From assembly GCA_035358715.1 (NCBI GenBank), contig DAOPPX010000001.1, positions 18,412 to 82,411 of the forward strand: DNA of 64,000 nt. Reading direction: 5' to 3'. Source of the DNA: Verrucomicrobiota bacterium. Lineage in GTDB: Bacteria > Verrucomicrobiota > Verrucomicrobiia > Limisphaerales > UBA8199. Shown here piece by piece: positions 44,648 to 53,436 of the stretch. Made by a program: the position numbers and the translations under genes. Positions within the stretch are counted from its first letter, which is position 1, and every line of letters starts with the position of its first letter. The notes below the pieces were generated by a model. The model ran no database searches. It worked only from the letters and a program-made list of their open reading frames with translations, and was not told the origin of the DNA.

Positions 44648-46050
44648 GCGCGATTCCGCAGCATTGGCTTCGGTGTGGGTAGTTGTGGTGGGGAGGGAGC
44701 GCATTGGTCCTGCACCGTTTCCTGGATTTGTCGGAGGACCGCTTCGTAAGACGATTCGTCGGTCTGGATATTCTCGAGCAAACGCAGAATGAGGTAAAGC
44801 CGCCAACCGGTGAGGCCCGCCTTTTCGGCGCAATCCAGGACGGCCTCTCCCTTCGGCGTGATAGTGATTGTGCCGGCCCCTTGGCGCAAGTAACCGCAAT
44901 GGATGAGTTGGAGGATGGAGGCAAAATCCAGGTTGAGCTGACAGCCTTCCAACCTACCGAGGAACGTCTGAAGAGTGTTGTCAGGGAGCAGCGGGTCGAT
45001 AGTAACCTGGATTTGAGCTTTGGCAGGAAGCGGATTGATAGCGGGCTGCCCCTCGGGATAATAGCTTTGGCTTCGGAACCTGAGGTGATCCTGCTGATAG
45101 ATTCTGACGACCTTGCGGCTGGGTCTCGAGGGTGCCAGATGCTGGAGCAAACCTGTGGGGCGGGAGAGGATTCGAACTGGTTGCTCACCGTAATTGACGC
45201 CGCCGTAACTGAAAGGCCAACTGCCGGCGCCCGAGAAATATGCCTGTTCCATCTCTTCCATGCATTTCTCCAGACGCTCCTTGCTATTCCAGAGCAGCCG
45301 ATTTACGGCAAAGCGCCGATCCGGCCATTCGGCCGGGGCTTCCTTATGGGTGACTGCGAAACCTCCCTTCACGTGTCTGGGATAACGGCAGTGATAAACG
45401 GTTCCGCCAAAGGGGTCGATTTCAACCGCGGTGCAAGTTCCGAAACGCAAGTGCCTTGTCCAGGATGGCTTTGAAATCGCGCGTGCGAGGTGCAGGTAGA
45501 ACAAACTCTGCCAACCGGTCCAGGCCAACCCACGTTCGCGCAAGGCCGTGACCACCTGCATCCGCACCAGGTGTTCAGTCAGGGAGCGCGCTGCCACAGA
45601 GGTGAGGAGCCAGGGATTAATAGCCTCGGCACCCTTGATCGCTCTGGCGATGCCGTCCGGGCTTAGGTCTTGCAGGGGCGCGTAGAGGAGGACGGCGCCG
45701 TTCTGAATCGTGTGCGCCAGATGCAGCATCAGGTTGCCCTCGCTCAAGCCCGGCGGAATTGCGCAAACGACTTCCCCGCGGAGTTCGCGCAGGGCTTTCT
45801 GCGCTTCGGGGTTCAGGACTCGGAATTGTGGCTCAAGATCCTCGTTGAAGCCGGGGTCCGCCAGGTCGATAAATCGCGCGTCTATCTCCAGAACCGGAGT
45901 GGGCACACAACGCCTGATGGCGTCCGCTACTTGTTTACGTCCTGTTACGATGGTTGCGGCCGGGCTCATCTTTCTTCCTGTCAGGAACTGCGGAACGCAC
46001 CTTGAAGGCCGAAGTTGGCCATCGAGGAGGCTGAAATCCGCCGTCTGCAC
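44644..46050 (-). CDS. hypothetical protein with remote type IA topoisomerase-like features
   Basis: 468 aa (GTG 46050; ATG 45969 is an alternative). Segments AARSLTEHLVRMQVVTAL, GWQSLFYLHLARAI and ASILQLIHCGYLRQGAGTITITPKGEAVL are collinear with topo IA motifs as I recall them. Toprim acidic residues are not evident. Low-confidence assignment. Confidence 0.6.
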   Translation of the reverse strand: MQTADFSLLDGQLRPSRCVPQFLTGRKMSPAATIVTGRKQVADAIRRCVPTPVLEIDARFIDLADPGFNEDLEPQFRVLNPEAQKALRELRGEVVCAIPPGLSEGNLMLHLAHTIQNGAVLLYAPLQDLSPDGIARAIKGAEAINPWLLTSVAARSLTEHLVRMQVVTALRERGLAWTGWQSLFYLHLARAISKPSWTRHLRFGTCTAVEIDPFGGTVYHCRYPRHVKGGFAVTHKEAPAEWPDRRFAVNRLLWNSKERLEKCMEEMEQAYFSGAGSWPFSYGGVNYGEQPVRILSRPTGLLQHLAPSRPSRKVVRIYQQDHLRFRSQSYYPEGQPAINPLPAKAQIQVTIDPLLPDNTLQTFLGRLEGCQLNLDFASILQLIHCGYLRQGAGTITITPKGEAVLDCAEKAGLTGWRLYLILRLLENIQTDESSYEAVLRQIQETVQDQCAPSPPQLPTPKPMLRNRA

Positions 46051-46164
46051 CGGGTCCAGCCGCGCGTACTGCCATCCCGTTTAACAAAACATGGCCGTTG
46101 AGCAGGTTGCATCCGCATACGTATCCATTTTAGGGCTCTTGGAATGGGAGGCCTGTTCACCGGT

Positions 46165-46575
46165 TCACGCTGCGAGAGCGAACCGGGCTTTTTCACGCGA
46201 GCGGGTTTCCTCGTAGTCCGGCTCGTTTTGCATCGCCAAAGCATCAATACAGGCGTTTTCGTTGTCAGCGACCCACCGCTCGGCGGTGGTTTCGAGCGAG
46301 GTGTCAATCTTGTGCCGCAGGCGACGTACGGCCTTTCGGAACTTCTTGCGGCTCAGACCGGGCCGGCGCTGGCGCAGGGCAATTTCAATATCGCCCGGTT
46401 CGGAGAATGCGGTGGACAACCGGATGTCATCCCAGCCCCAGTCATGGTGAACACCTCGAGCGCCCCAGTACTCAAAAGCGCCTATTCCGTGGTCCGCATA
46501 TTCACCGGAAACCTCGATCTCAACGGTGATTTCCATCCCGGCGATTTCGACCACAGCGGCTAGCGTTGCCAACAT
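46165..46575 (-). CDS. hypothetical protein
   Basis: 136 aa from ATG 46575. The track ORF to 46719 overlaps the ATPase gene. Confidence 0.5.
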   Translation of the reverse strand: MLATLAAVVEIAGMEITVEIEVSGEYADHGIGAFEYWGARGVHHDWGWDDIRLSTAFSEPGDIEIALRQRRPGLSRKKFRKAVRRLRHKIDTSLETTAERWVADNENACIDALAMQNEPDYEETRSREKARFALAA

Positions 46576-46609
46576 GCCTTTTGTTTGGCCGCATTGGTCA
46601 CGAACGGCT

Positions 46610-48217
46610 TTAGTCTTCCAAGGCGTGGACTTCCGAGAACGAAGCCTTTCCCTCCAGCCATAACAGGAGAGCATGTTCGAGGATCGTCTTGAATCCGGCT
46701 TCTTTGGCCTTCCGGACAATATCGAGGATGGAACAATCGGTCCCCATCAGTTCGCGAACCTCGTCAGTTGGGCTGAAGAAGCTGTAAACCGCGGTGCGGC
46801 CGATAGTGCCGACACCGTTGCAGCGGGAACAGCCTCGCTTTTCATACACGGAATGCCCTGGCGGACAGGGGATTTCCAGCTCTGCGAGCAGGTCCAATTC
46901 ATGCTTCTTAACTTCCCGCCTGATTTTGCAAGACGGACAGAGGACCCCAACCAACCGTTGCGCTACGACCAACCGGATGAGCGTCTGGAGTTGATAGCGA
47001 TCCACCCCCAGCCGATCGAGACGATTCAAGGTTTCAATGGCGTTGTTTGTATGCAACGTGGTGAACACAAGATGTCCGGTTTCAGCGGCGGCTACCGCAA
47101 GCCTGGCAGTCTCTTCGTCGCGGACTTCGCCGACCAACAGGATGTCCGGGTCCTGCCGAAGGCACGAGCGGATCGCGTTTGGAAACGTGATGCCTTTGTC
47201 GGGCTCGATCTGGATTTGGGAGAACCCGCGAATCCTGTATTCCACGGGGTCTTCAATGGTTATTATCTTCACTTCCGGCGAATTGAGATGCTGCAGCACC
47301 GTATAGAGCGTAGTGGTTTTGCCTGAACCGGTAGGGCCCGTGACGATGATGAGTCCGCTTGTCTTGCTGATGCTGTCGAGCAGTTCCCGGTGATATGCCG
47401 GCGGCAGGCTCAATTCTTCCAGCGTCCGGTCAATGCTTTTGAAATCCAAAAGCCGCATCACCACGGATTCGCCGTCTACGGTGGGCGAGACCTCCACGCG
47501 CAGGTCCAAGGTCTTGCCGTGCGGCAAAGCCAGGCGCACCCGGCTGGATTGAAAGCTGCCGACGCTGCTGGCCAGGAGCCGGGCCTCCAGCTTCAGGGCC
47601 TTGAGGACGTCTTCGCCGGCGCGCAAGGCCAGCTTGCGCTGGACCAACAGGTCCCCATGCACCCGGAAACGGATGCGCAGGCAGCCCTCGGTGGGCTCCA
47701 GGTGGATGTCGCTGGCCCGCATCAAATCGGCGCGACGGACGACTTCATGGAAGATCTGCCCGGGCTCCACGTTGTCCCAGGCTGCGTTTGGGAAGAAGAC
47801 CGACGGTTCTGAAGCCTCAGCTTCTCGAGGCGTTTGGGACTGGCAGTGGCTCAGATTTCCCAGCAGTTCGTCATAATTGCGCTGGGTGATGAGAATCCGC
47901 TTTACCCCCAGCTCGAACTCCTGCAACAACTCTTGCAGGCGCTTTTCATCCCATGGCTCGCACTCGGTGACAACCAGGACGTCCGGGAACAACCGGAGCG
48001 GGACTTGTCCGTTGCGGACAAAGAAGGACTGGTGCCGGTGAAAAACCTCCACCTGGACATCGGCCATGCTGATACGCCGGTAGGGCAAGTCGTAGGCGTG
48101 AGCCGCAACGGTGTAGAATTGTTCCTCCGACCAGCTTCGGATTGGCCCGAGGCAGCGGGCGGCTGGATGGCCTTGGAGTCTCTCTATCGCTTCCTGGGGA
48201 GCGTTGATAAGGTTCAT
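46610..48217 (-). CDS. PilB/GspE-class secretion-superfamily ATPase
   Basis: 535 aa. Walker A GPTGSGKTTT, DPDILLVGEVRDEETA, His box TGHLVFTTLHTN, tetracysteine CPSCK...CSRCNG. N-terminal T2SSE_N-like region. Confidence 0.9.
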   Translation of the reverse strand: MNLINAPQEAIERLQGHPAARCLGPIRSWSEEQFYTVAAHAYDLPYRRISMADVQVEVFHRHQSFFVRNGQVPLRLFPDVLVVTECEPWDEKRLQELLQEFELGVKRILITQRNYDELLGNLSHCQSQTPREAEASEPSVFFPNAAWDNVEPGQIFHEVVRRADLMRASDIHLEPTEGCLRIRFRVHGDLLVQRKLALRAGEDVLKALKLEARLLASSVGSFQSSRVRLALPHGKTLDLRVEVSPTVDGESVVMRLLDFKSIDRTLEELSLPPAYHRELLDSISKTSGLIIVTGPTGSGKTTTLYTVLQHLNSPEVKIITIEDPVEYRIRGFSQIQIEPDKGITFPNAIRSCLRQDPDILLVGEVRDEETARLAVAAAETGHLVFTTLHTNNAIETLNRLDRLGVDRYQLQTLIRLVVAQRLVGVLCPSCKIRREVKKHELDLLAELEIPCPPGHSVYEKRGCSRCNGVGTIGRTAVYSFFSPTDEVRELMGTDCSILDIVRKAKEAGFKTILEHALLLWLEGKASFSEVHALED

Positions 48218-48227
48218 ACCGCGTCTC

Positions 48228-48698
48228 TCAATGGCTGGCTGCCGCCCTCAACCGCTGGTGAAGCCTGGTGTAATCCGAGGGCGAAACCGGCACCAGGCAA
48301 ACGCGCAACTCTGCGGGAACGCTGTGCAGGATTTCTTTGAGTTCAGGAAACTCAGGGTCGTAACGCAGCAGTCCCAGATAGAAGGTTTGGCAGGAGAGGC
48401 CCAGCGTGAGAATCCCCTCGCTCAGGCAACGAGTGACGATCGTGGGCAGGAGTTCTTGCAGTTCCGCCAGTTCCCGTTCATCGAGGGTGCCGAGGGGGAT
48501 GTAGTGAAATCGGTCCTGTTGCAGCGCCTGGTTCAGCCAAACTTCACAATCGAACATTTGGGAATTGCGAACCAGCAACTCCCCGACATCCACCTGGTTT
48601 TGGTTCGCGCGCATCCGTTCGAGTTGGTCAATGGTAACCAACCCGCTGCTCAGGAGGTACTTTATCCAGGCTTGATCGCTTTGGCGGCGGGTGAACAT
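48228..48698 (-). CDS. free-standing T2SSE_N (GspE/PilB N-terminal)-like domain protein
   Basis: 156 aa. LLSSGLVTIDQLERMRANQ...VGELLV...IPLG...LLPTIVTRCLSEGILTLGL fits the domain pattern. Ends 10 nt before the ATPase start. Confidence 0.6.
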   Translation of the reverse strand: MFTRRQSDQAWIKYLLSSGLVTIDQLERMRANQNQVDVGELLVRNSQMFDCEVWLNQALQQDRFHYIPLGTLDERELAELQELLPTIVTRCLSEGILTLGLSCQTFYLGLLRYDPEFPELKEILHSVPAELRVCLVPVSPSDYTRLHQRLRAAASH

Positions 48699-48713
48699 GC
48701 GCCTCGGAAGCGT

Positions 48714-50735
48714 TTAAGCGGTCACAGGCTCCGGCTTTCTCGCGTGATCGTTCCCGCGGCCTAGGAAATTGGCGCGGTGTTTCCGATGCTGGGCTTGCAT
48801 TTGCAGGAACTCAGGCGAGCCCTCCAGCGCGCGGCGAGCCAGATCATGAAACCGATTAGGTTGCCGGGCGCAAAGATGAAGCAACTCGTTGAAAGGCGGG
48901 AGCAGCGCCGATTCGAACAACTCGGGTTTGTTGCACCTGAGCCACTCCAGGACTTTCAGGGGCTGTGTCCGGTTGGCAATGAACTTGTTCTTCTGCGCAA
49001 GGTAGTCGGAGTAATCGGGGTCAAACAGCCAGACGGCTTCGTAAGCCTGGCCGGCGTAACGGCCGCTTTGGAAGAGGCCGCGGAGCCGATAGACGTATTT
49101 CAGGAAATCGAGCTTTTGCAGGAGGCAGGCCGCTTGGGCTTCTGAGAGGCGCCCCAGCGCGGTTGTGGGGACCTGGTAATCGCGCAACCGGTCCGTTTGC
49201 GCTTCAGTCGCGGGCCCATCGCATTCTAGATGGCTGCTGAGTTGCTCAAGTTCCGGTTGCGTCAACTGCGGCCGCAGAAGGGCCGTCGCATCAAGCAGAG
49301 CTTCCTGCTTTTTGCTCCCCAACCTCATGCGGGCTGGTCCGTAGGAATAGTGCCAAGCCCCCAGGTCGTCCCGATCGAGGCGCGCTACGCGGTTCTCGCG
49401 CACGTTTACGACGCAGGCGAAGTTGTCGTTGAGCGGCATCCAAGCCAGGCAAGTGGAAGTGTCCGGCTGAATAGTTTGCGCGAGATGGAAGAAATCCGGC
49501 GGCTCCAAAAGCTGCCGGATGTCCTGCGCGGTGAATTCGCCCGCGACGTTCCACTCCACCTCCGGGTGATACAACTTGGCTTTTTCTAGGGTGCGCTGCA
49601 TCTGGCGGATGTTCTCCCCGGTAAGCCGAAGGTTTTCCGGCAGGCAGAAGAGCTTGGGCAGGGTGATGACGTCCTGCGAGCGGATATCCACTAGGTCCAT
49701 GACCAGGCAATCTCGCTTGGAGGGGTGGAGGCGCAAACCGCGCCCGATCTGCTGCGGATAGGTTACCGGCGACCGAGTGGGGCGGCCAATGATTATGCAG
49801 GACGTATGTGGCGCGTCGTAGCCTTCGGTCAAAGTTTGGCAGTTGGTCAGAATCCGCAGTCGCCCCTGCTGGTAATCCTCCAGGATTTGCCGGCGCTCCT
49901 CCTTCTTTTGCTCGCCGAATACGGCCTGGGCCGCGAGACCCCGCTTGCGAAACTCTGCGGCGAGGTGTTCGGCGTGCCGGACATTGGCCACGAATACGAT
50001 GGCGGGGCGGTTTTCGCCGCGCTCAAGATAGCTTTGAACGATCACGCGGTTGCGGGCTTCCGTATCAATGGCCGCAGCCAATTTGTCGGGATCGTAATCG
50101 CCTTCGGCGGTCACGGGCACGCCAGCGATGGACGCATTGGTGCGGATCGTCAGGCCGCGGATGGGGCAAAGGTAGCCGGCGTCAATGAGCTCCGGCATGT
50201 CGATTCTATAAGCCAGCCGCTCGAAAAGAATTGAGAGGTTCTCTCCATCCATCCGTATGGGTGTGGCCGTGATACCCAAAAGGTGGCGAGCGGGATTCTG
50301 CGTGGAGATTTCATGGAGCAGCTCGGCGTACGTGTTGGCTGTGGAATGATGGCATTCATCGATAATCACCAACGAGATGTTTTTCAGGGGACACCACCGG
50401 GCGATGCGCTCGATCTTCTTGACGGTGGCAATGGAGGCCACCATGACCTTGGCGTTTGCCGGGCAGGTGTTCCTTCCCTGCTCAATCCCGGCGACGATCT
50501 GGTCGTCGATCATCGCCAGTTTTTGCAACGTCTGTTCCAGCAACTCCTCCCGATGCGCCAGGAACAGGACGCGTTTGTCAGGGTTGCCCAGATGGAGCTT
50601 CATAATGACGGAGGCGATGATGGTCTTCCCAGCCCCAACCGCCGCCACCAGCAGCAGGTTCAACACCTTTCTCTCCCATAGAGCGAAGCAGCATTTCACC
50701 GCTTCACCTTGGTAAGGTCGCAATTGCACGTTCAT
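48714..50735 (-). CDS. SF2 DEAH-box helicase (type III restriction res-like) with long C-terminal extension
   Basis: 673 aa from ATG 50735 (GTG 50765 is possible). LRPYQ, AAVGAGKT, IIDECHHS, ITATP, TEGYDAP, QQIGRGLR. About 260-aa C-terminal region unassigned. Confidence 0.9.
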   Translation of the reverse strand: MNVQLRPYQGEAVKCCFALWERKVLNLLLVAAVGAGKTIIASVIMKLHLGNPDKRVLFLAHREELLEQTLQKLAMIDDQIVAGIEQGRNTCPANAKVMVASIATVKKIERIARWCPLKNISLVIIDECHHSTANTYAELLHEISTQNPARHLLGITATPIRMDGENLSILFERLAYRIDMPELIDAGYLCPIRGLTIRTNASIAGVPVTAEGDYDPDKLAAAIDTEARNRVIVQSYLERGENRPAIVFVANVRHAEHLAAEFRKRGLAAQAVFGEQKKEERRQILEDYQQGRLRILTNCQTLTEGYDAPHTSCIIIGRPTRSPVTYPQQIGRGLRLHPSKRDCLVMDLVDIRSQDVITLPKLFCLPENLRLTGENIRQMQRTLEKAKLYHPEVEWNVAGEFTAQDIRQLLEPPDFFHLAQTIQPDTSTCLAWMPLNDNFACVVNVRENRVARLDRDDLGAWHYSYGPARMRLGSKKQEALLDATALLRPQLTQPELEQLSSHLECDGPATEAQTDRLRDYQVPTTALGRLSEAQAACLLQKLDFLKYVYRLRGLFQSGRYAGQAYEAVWLFDPDYSDYLAQKNKFIANRTQPLKVLEWLRCNKPELFESALLPPFNELLHLCARQPNRFHDLARRALEGSPEFLQMQAQHRKHRANFLGRGNDHARKPEPVTA

Positions 50736-50835
50736 CGGTGGCACCACCCGAAACACGGGGTGCACCCCCCATTATAGGTGCGAAAAGCGGGCATCGATGG
50801 GAACCGCCTCCGAATGGCCGACAAACTTCCTGTTC

Positions 50836-52194
50836 TCAGGCGGCTTGCCTGCCAAGGGAGCCCGCGCTCTCACCAAGTTTCAGTGCCACCGCTTTAGTGA
50901 CGAGCTTAGGCGTGCAACCCTCGGCGAGGAAGGGACTGGGCAACAGCGCGTTATTCGCGTCAGGGATGAGGAAAAAGACCCCGGTCCTGGCGCTGCTGAT
51001 TGACCTTAGAAAGGCCCGGCGGCAGTTCTCGGCGTTGCGCTCGCGCTGATAAGGCCAGTACCCGCTGAAACAATTCGGCAGTACGACGTAATCCGGGCTG
51101 AGGTAAGGCGCCTCGAAAGGAGTGGTGCAGATGATTCCTTTTGCTGGCACGGTTGGCCGGTGCCACAAGCGGTGTTTGTCCCATTGCAGGAAGTAGGGTT
51201 TGTTCAGGTTCCGGGCCAGTTCACGGGCGTCGTCGGGATTGCGGAGGACGACGGCCAGGAGGCGCTCGCGGATGCCAAGCTGAAGCCCTGACTCCATATC
51301 CAGAATGACCTCAAACATCTGGCGCCGTGTCGGAACCGTCACTTCCACGAGCATTTGGCTGTCGGGATCGGAGACGGAGATGGACGCGGATTGATGGACG
51401 CGCTTGGAATTAAAGGCGGCCAGTTGCTGAAGGAACAGGCCTTGGGCGTTGCCCATGCCGAACGATTGCATCAGCGGGTGGACTTTGATTCCGTCCTGGT
51501 TGACCAGGGCCAGCCAGTGCTCCGGATCGAGGCCCTGCTGTCGGTCATGGATGGCAAGATTGCTGTTGCCGGCGAAGATGTTCTGCTCCATCCGCTGTTG
51601 CAGCGTCGAGAGGGCCAGCATCTCGTCCCAGCCAAAATCGTGGACGTTATCCGCCAGGAGCAGGCGCACGCCAGCCAACTCCGGCTGCACCACCTTGGCG
51701 AACAGGTTGGCCGTTTCGACGACGAGGCTGCGCGGGGTGGCGACATTCTTGTGGCGCAGCAGTTGGACAAAGGCCTGGTTCCACTGTTCATGGAAGGTGG
51801 CGCTGGCCATGTCGGGATGGAGCTGAAGGGCGGTTTTGCGCGCCGCCTCGCGCTCGGCAGAGGCCGCCAGATCGGAAACCAGTTGAGGCGGTTTGCTGTA
51901 GGAGAGCTCCCGGTAGAATCGTTTGAGTAGTTTGCAGCCAATTTCGGCAAAGGTGCCAATCAGATCATGTTCCCAACTCTGGGCGGTGATTCTCCGGAGA
52001 TGATCGAGCACCCGCTGTGTGGCCAGCGCGTTGGCGGTGATGAAGATGGCTTTGTCCGCACCCGGCCGCTCTTGCTGGTTCAAGTACTTCCGGGCCAGAA
52101 CGGTTGTTTTGCCGGTTCTCGAGACGCTATTGGCCAGACTGGTGCGCGCGGTGCTGCCCAGGATTGCCTTTTGCTCTTGAGTGAACCCCGCCAT
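50836..52194 (-). CDS. UvrD-like SF1 helicase-fold protein with degenerate Walker B
   Basis: 452 aa from ATG 52194. FTQEQKAIL, SRTGKTT P-loop. LLADNVHDFGWDEM sits where UvrD has DE(F/Y)QD. C-terminal ARTGVFFLIP resembles the UvrD_C end. Confidence 0.7.
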   Translation of the reverse strand: MAGFTQEQKAILGSTARTSLANSVSRTGKTTVLARKYLNQQERPGADKAIFITANALATQRVLDHLRRITAQSWEHDLIGTFAEIGCKLLKRFYRELSYSKPPQLVSDLAASAEREAARKTALQLHPDMASATFHEQWNQAFVQLLRHKNVATPRSLVVETANLFAKVVQPELAGVRLLLADNVHDFGWDEMLALSTLQQRMEQNIFAGNSNLAIHDRQQGLDPEHWLALVNQDGIKVHPLMQSFGMGNAQGLFLQQLAAFNSKRVHQSASISVSDPDSQMLVEVTVPTRRQMFEVILDMESGLQLGIRERLLAVVLRNPDDARELARNLNKPYFLQWDKHRLWHRPTVPAKGIICTTPFEAPYLSPDYVVLPNCFSGYWPYQRERNAENCRRAFLRSISSARTGVFFLIPDANNALLPSPFLAEGCTPKLVTKAVALKLGESAGSLGRQAA

Positions 52195-52238
52195 GGTTGC
52201 TTGAGGGCGAGTTGAGCCTGCGGCCGTTTGGACCGCAA

Positions 52239-52667
52239 TCACGGCTTCCGGCGAAGCTTCCTCGGCCCGGGCCACATAATCCTCGGTTCGATGATGCTCC
52301 CGCCAGCATCAATTCGGAACCGGCCGCCTCCGTGGCTGCCGGGACAATGCCGACTGCAGGTATTGGCGTAGCCAAATTCCAGGTATTCCTTGCCCTGTTT
52401 GCAGAGCAGCGCTGCCAGGGCCTTCAGAAATGTCTCCGGAATCTGGTCCAGGTCCACGTAGTCCGCGCCGAATATGTACACCTCGCCGCTCCGCCGGTCA
52501 TAATCGATGGAAAGACAGCAGCCTGGGTGGGTCGCGCGCAACCCGCTGCCATCGCCGATTTCCTCTGGTTTTTGATCGCCAATCAAAGCCTTGATGAGTG
52601 CGCCGGCTTCTCCCGGGGAACATTTGACTGCCTCCTGGGCTGTAATGTCGGTGAAATAATCGGGCAT
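52239..52667 (-). CDS. hypothetical protein
   Basis: 142-aa ATG ORF. Confidence 0.55.
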   Translation of the reverse strand: MPDYFTDITAQEAVKCSPGEAGALIKALIGDQKPEEIGDGSGLRATHPGCCLSIDYDRRSGEVYIFGADYVDLDQIPETFLKALAALLCKQGKEYLEFGYANTCSRHCPGSHGGGRFRIDAGGSIIEPRIMWPGPRKLRRKP

Positions 52668-52695
52668 GCTTTGAAGTCCGGCCCGGTTCTGCCGG

Positions 52696-53244
52696 TCAGC
52701 GGTGTACTTCCACCAGTCTCAAGGGCTTCGAATTAAGCAGGTCTGCTGGCTCAAAACGATAGCCGTATCGATTCTCGCCTTCCTCGGTGAGGAAGCCTTG
52801 AGCCTGCGACTCTAAGGATGCTGGCTCTGTCTTCTGGATTCGAGCGCCGACGCCATCATCCCCTGCTCCTGTTTCCTTCGCCCTTTCAGCGGAGGCGTCA
52901 AATTGTCCTTTGCGAAGCAGGGCCGAGTTTTCGCGAATGAAATCAGGCAAACGAGGATCGTTCTCCAACGCGAACCGTTCATAGTGATTGAGTTCATTCC
53001 AACGTTTCGGACGGTAAGTGTAATAGCCCAGGCTGTCGTTGTAGTGCAGCCGGTAAGGGAGTTGGGGTGGTTTGTTCAGGTCAGCTCCCAAGGTGATATC
53101 CGTTTTCCAAGCCGGATTCCCGTCCGCGAACCGGCCGATGAAGCAGTCGTAAACGGACTCCAACGAACCGTTTTCTGCGAGCGTCGGGAACGCGCCCATC
53201 ACCAGCAGAGGTAGGATAGTAAATATCTTTCTCACATCCTCCAT
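52696..53244 (-). CDS. secreted hypothetical protein
   Basis: 182 aa from ATG 53244. Signal-peptide-like MEDVRKIFTILPLLVMGAFPTLA. Confidence 0.6.
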   Translation of the reverse strand: MEDVRKIFTILPLLVMGAFPTLAENGSLESVYDCFIGRFADGNPAWKTDITLGADLNKPPQLPYRLHYNDSLGYYTYRPKRWNELNHYERFALENDPRLPDFIRENSALLRKGQFDASAERAKETGAGDDGVGARIQKTEPASLESQAQGFLTEEGENRYGYRFEPADLLNSKPLRLVEVHR

Positions 53245-53387
53245 TATAGGGCGGCCATCCCTGTTCCGGGTTGGAGGTGATATCGAAACTGCGGTCGTCC
53301 CTACTGTCTGTAAAATTCGACGAAGGATCAGGATCAGCCTATTCTTTGGCGTCGTTTGACCTGCGGCCCCGTTTGGCCGTTTCAATA

Positions 53388-53416
53388 GGGAGGCTTCTGA
53401 AGTTCAGAAGCCTCCC
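53388..53416 (-). terminator. strong hairpin just downstream of the 415-aa gene
   Basis: gggaggcttctg (53388-53399) pairs perfectly with cagaagcctccc (53405-53416), with a 5-nt loop. It begins 21 nt after the stop at 53437. The trailing U-tract on the minus strand is weak (TATTGAAA). Confidence 0.4.
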
Positions 53417-53436
53417 CATCTGTTTGGCAATCCCAA

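Noticed and set aside
46610-48698. Type IV pilus or type II secretion locus
   Set aside because: Only the ATPase and an N-domain fragment are present. No PilC/GspF platform, pilin/pseudopilin, PilM/N/O or secretin gene is seen within at least 15 kb on either side.
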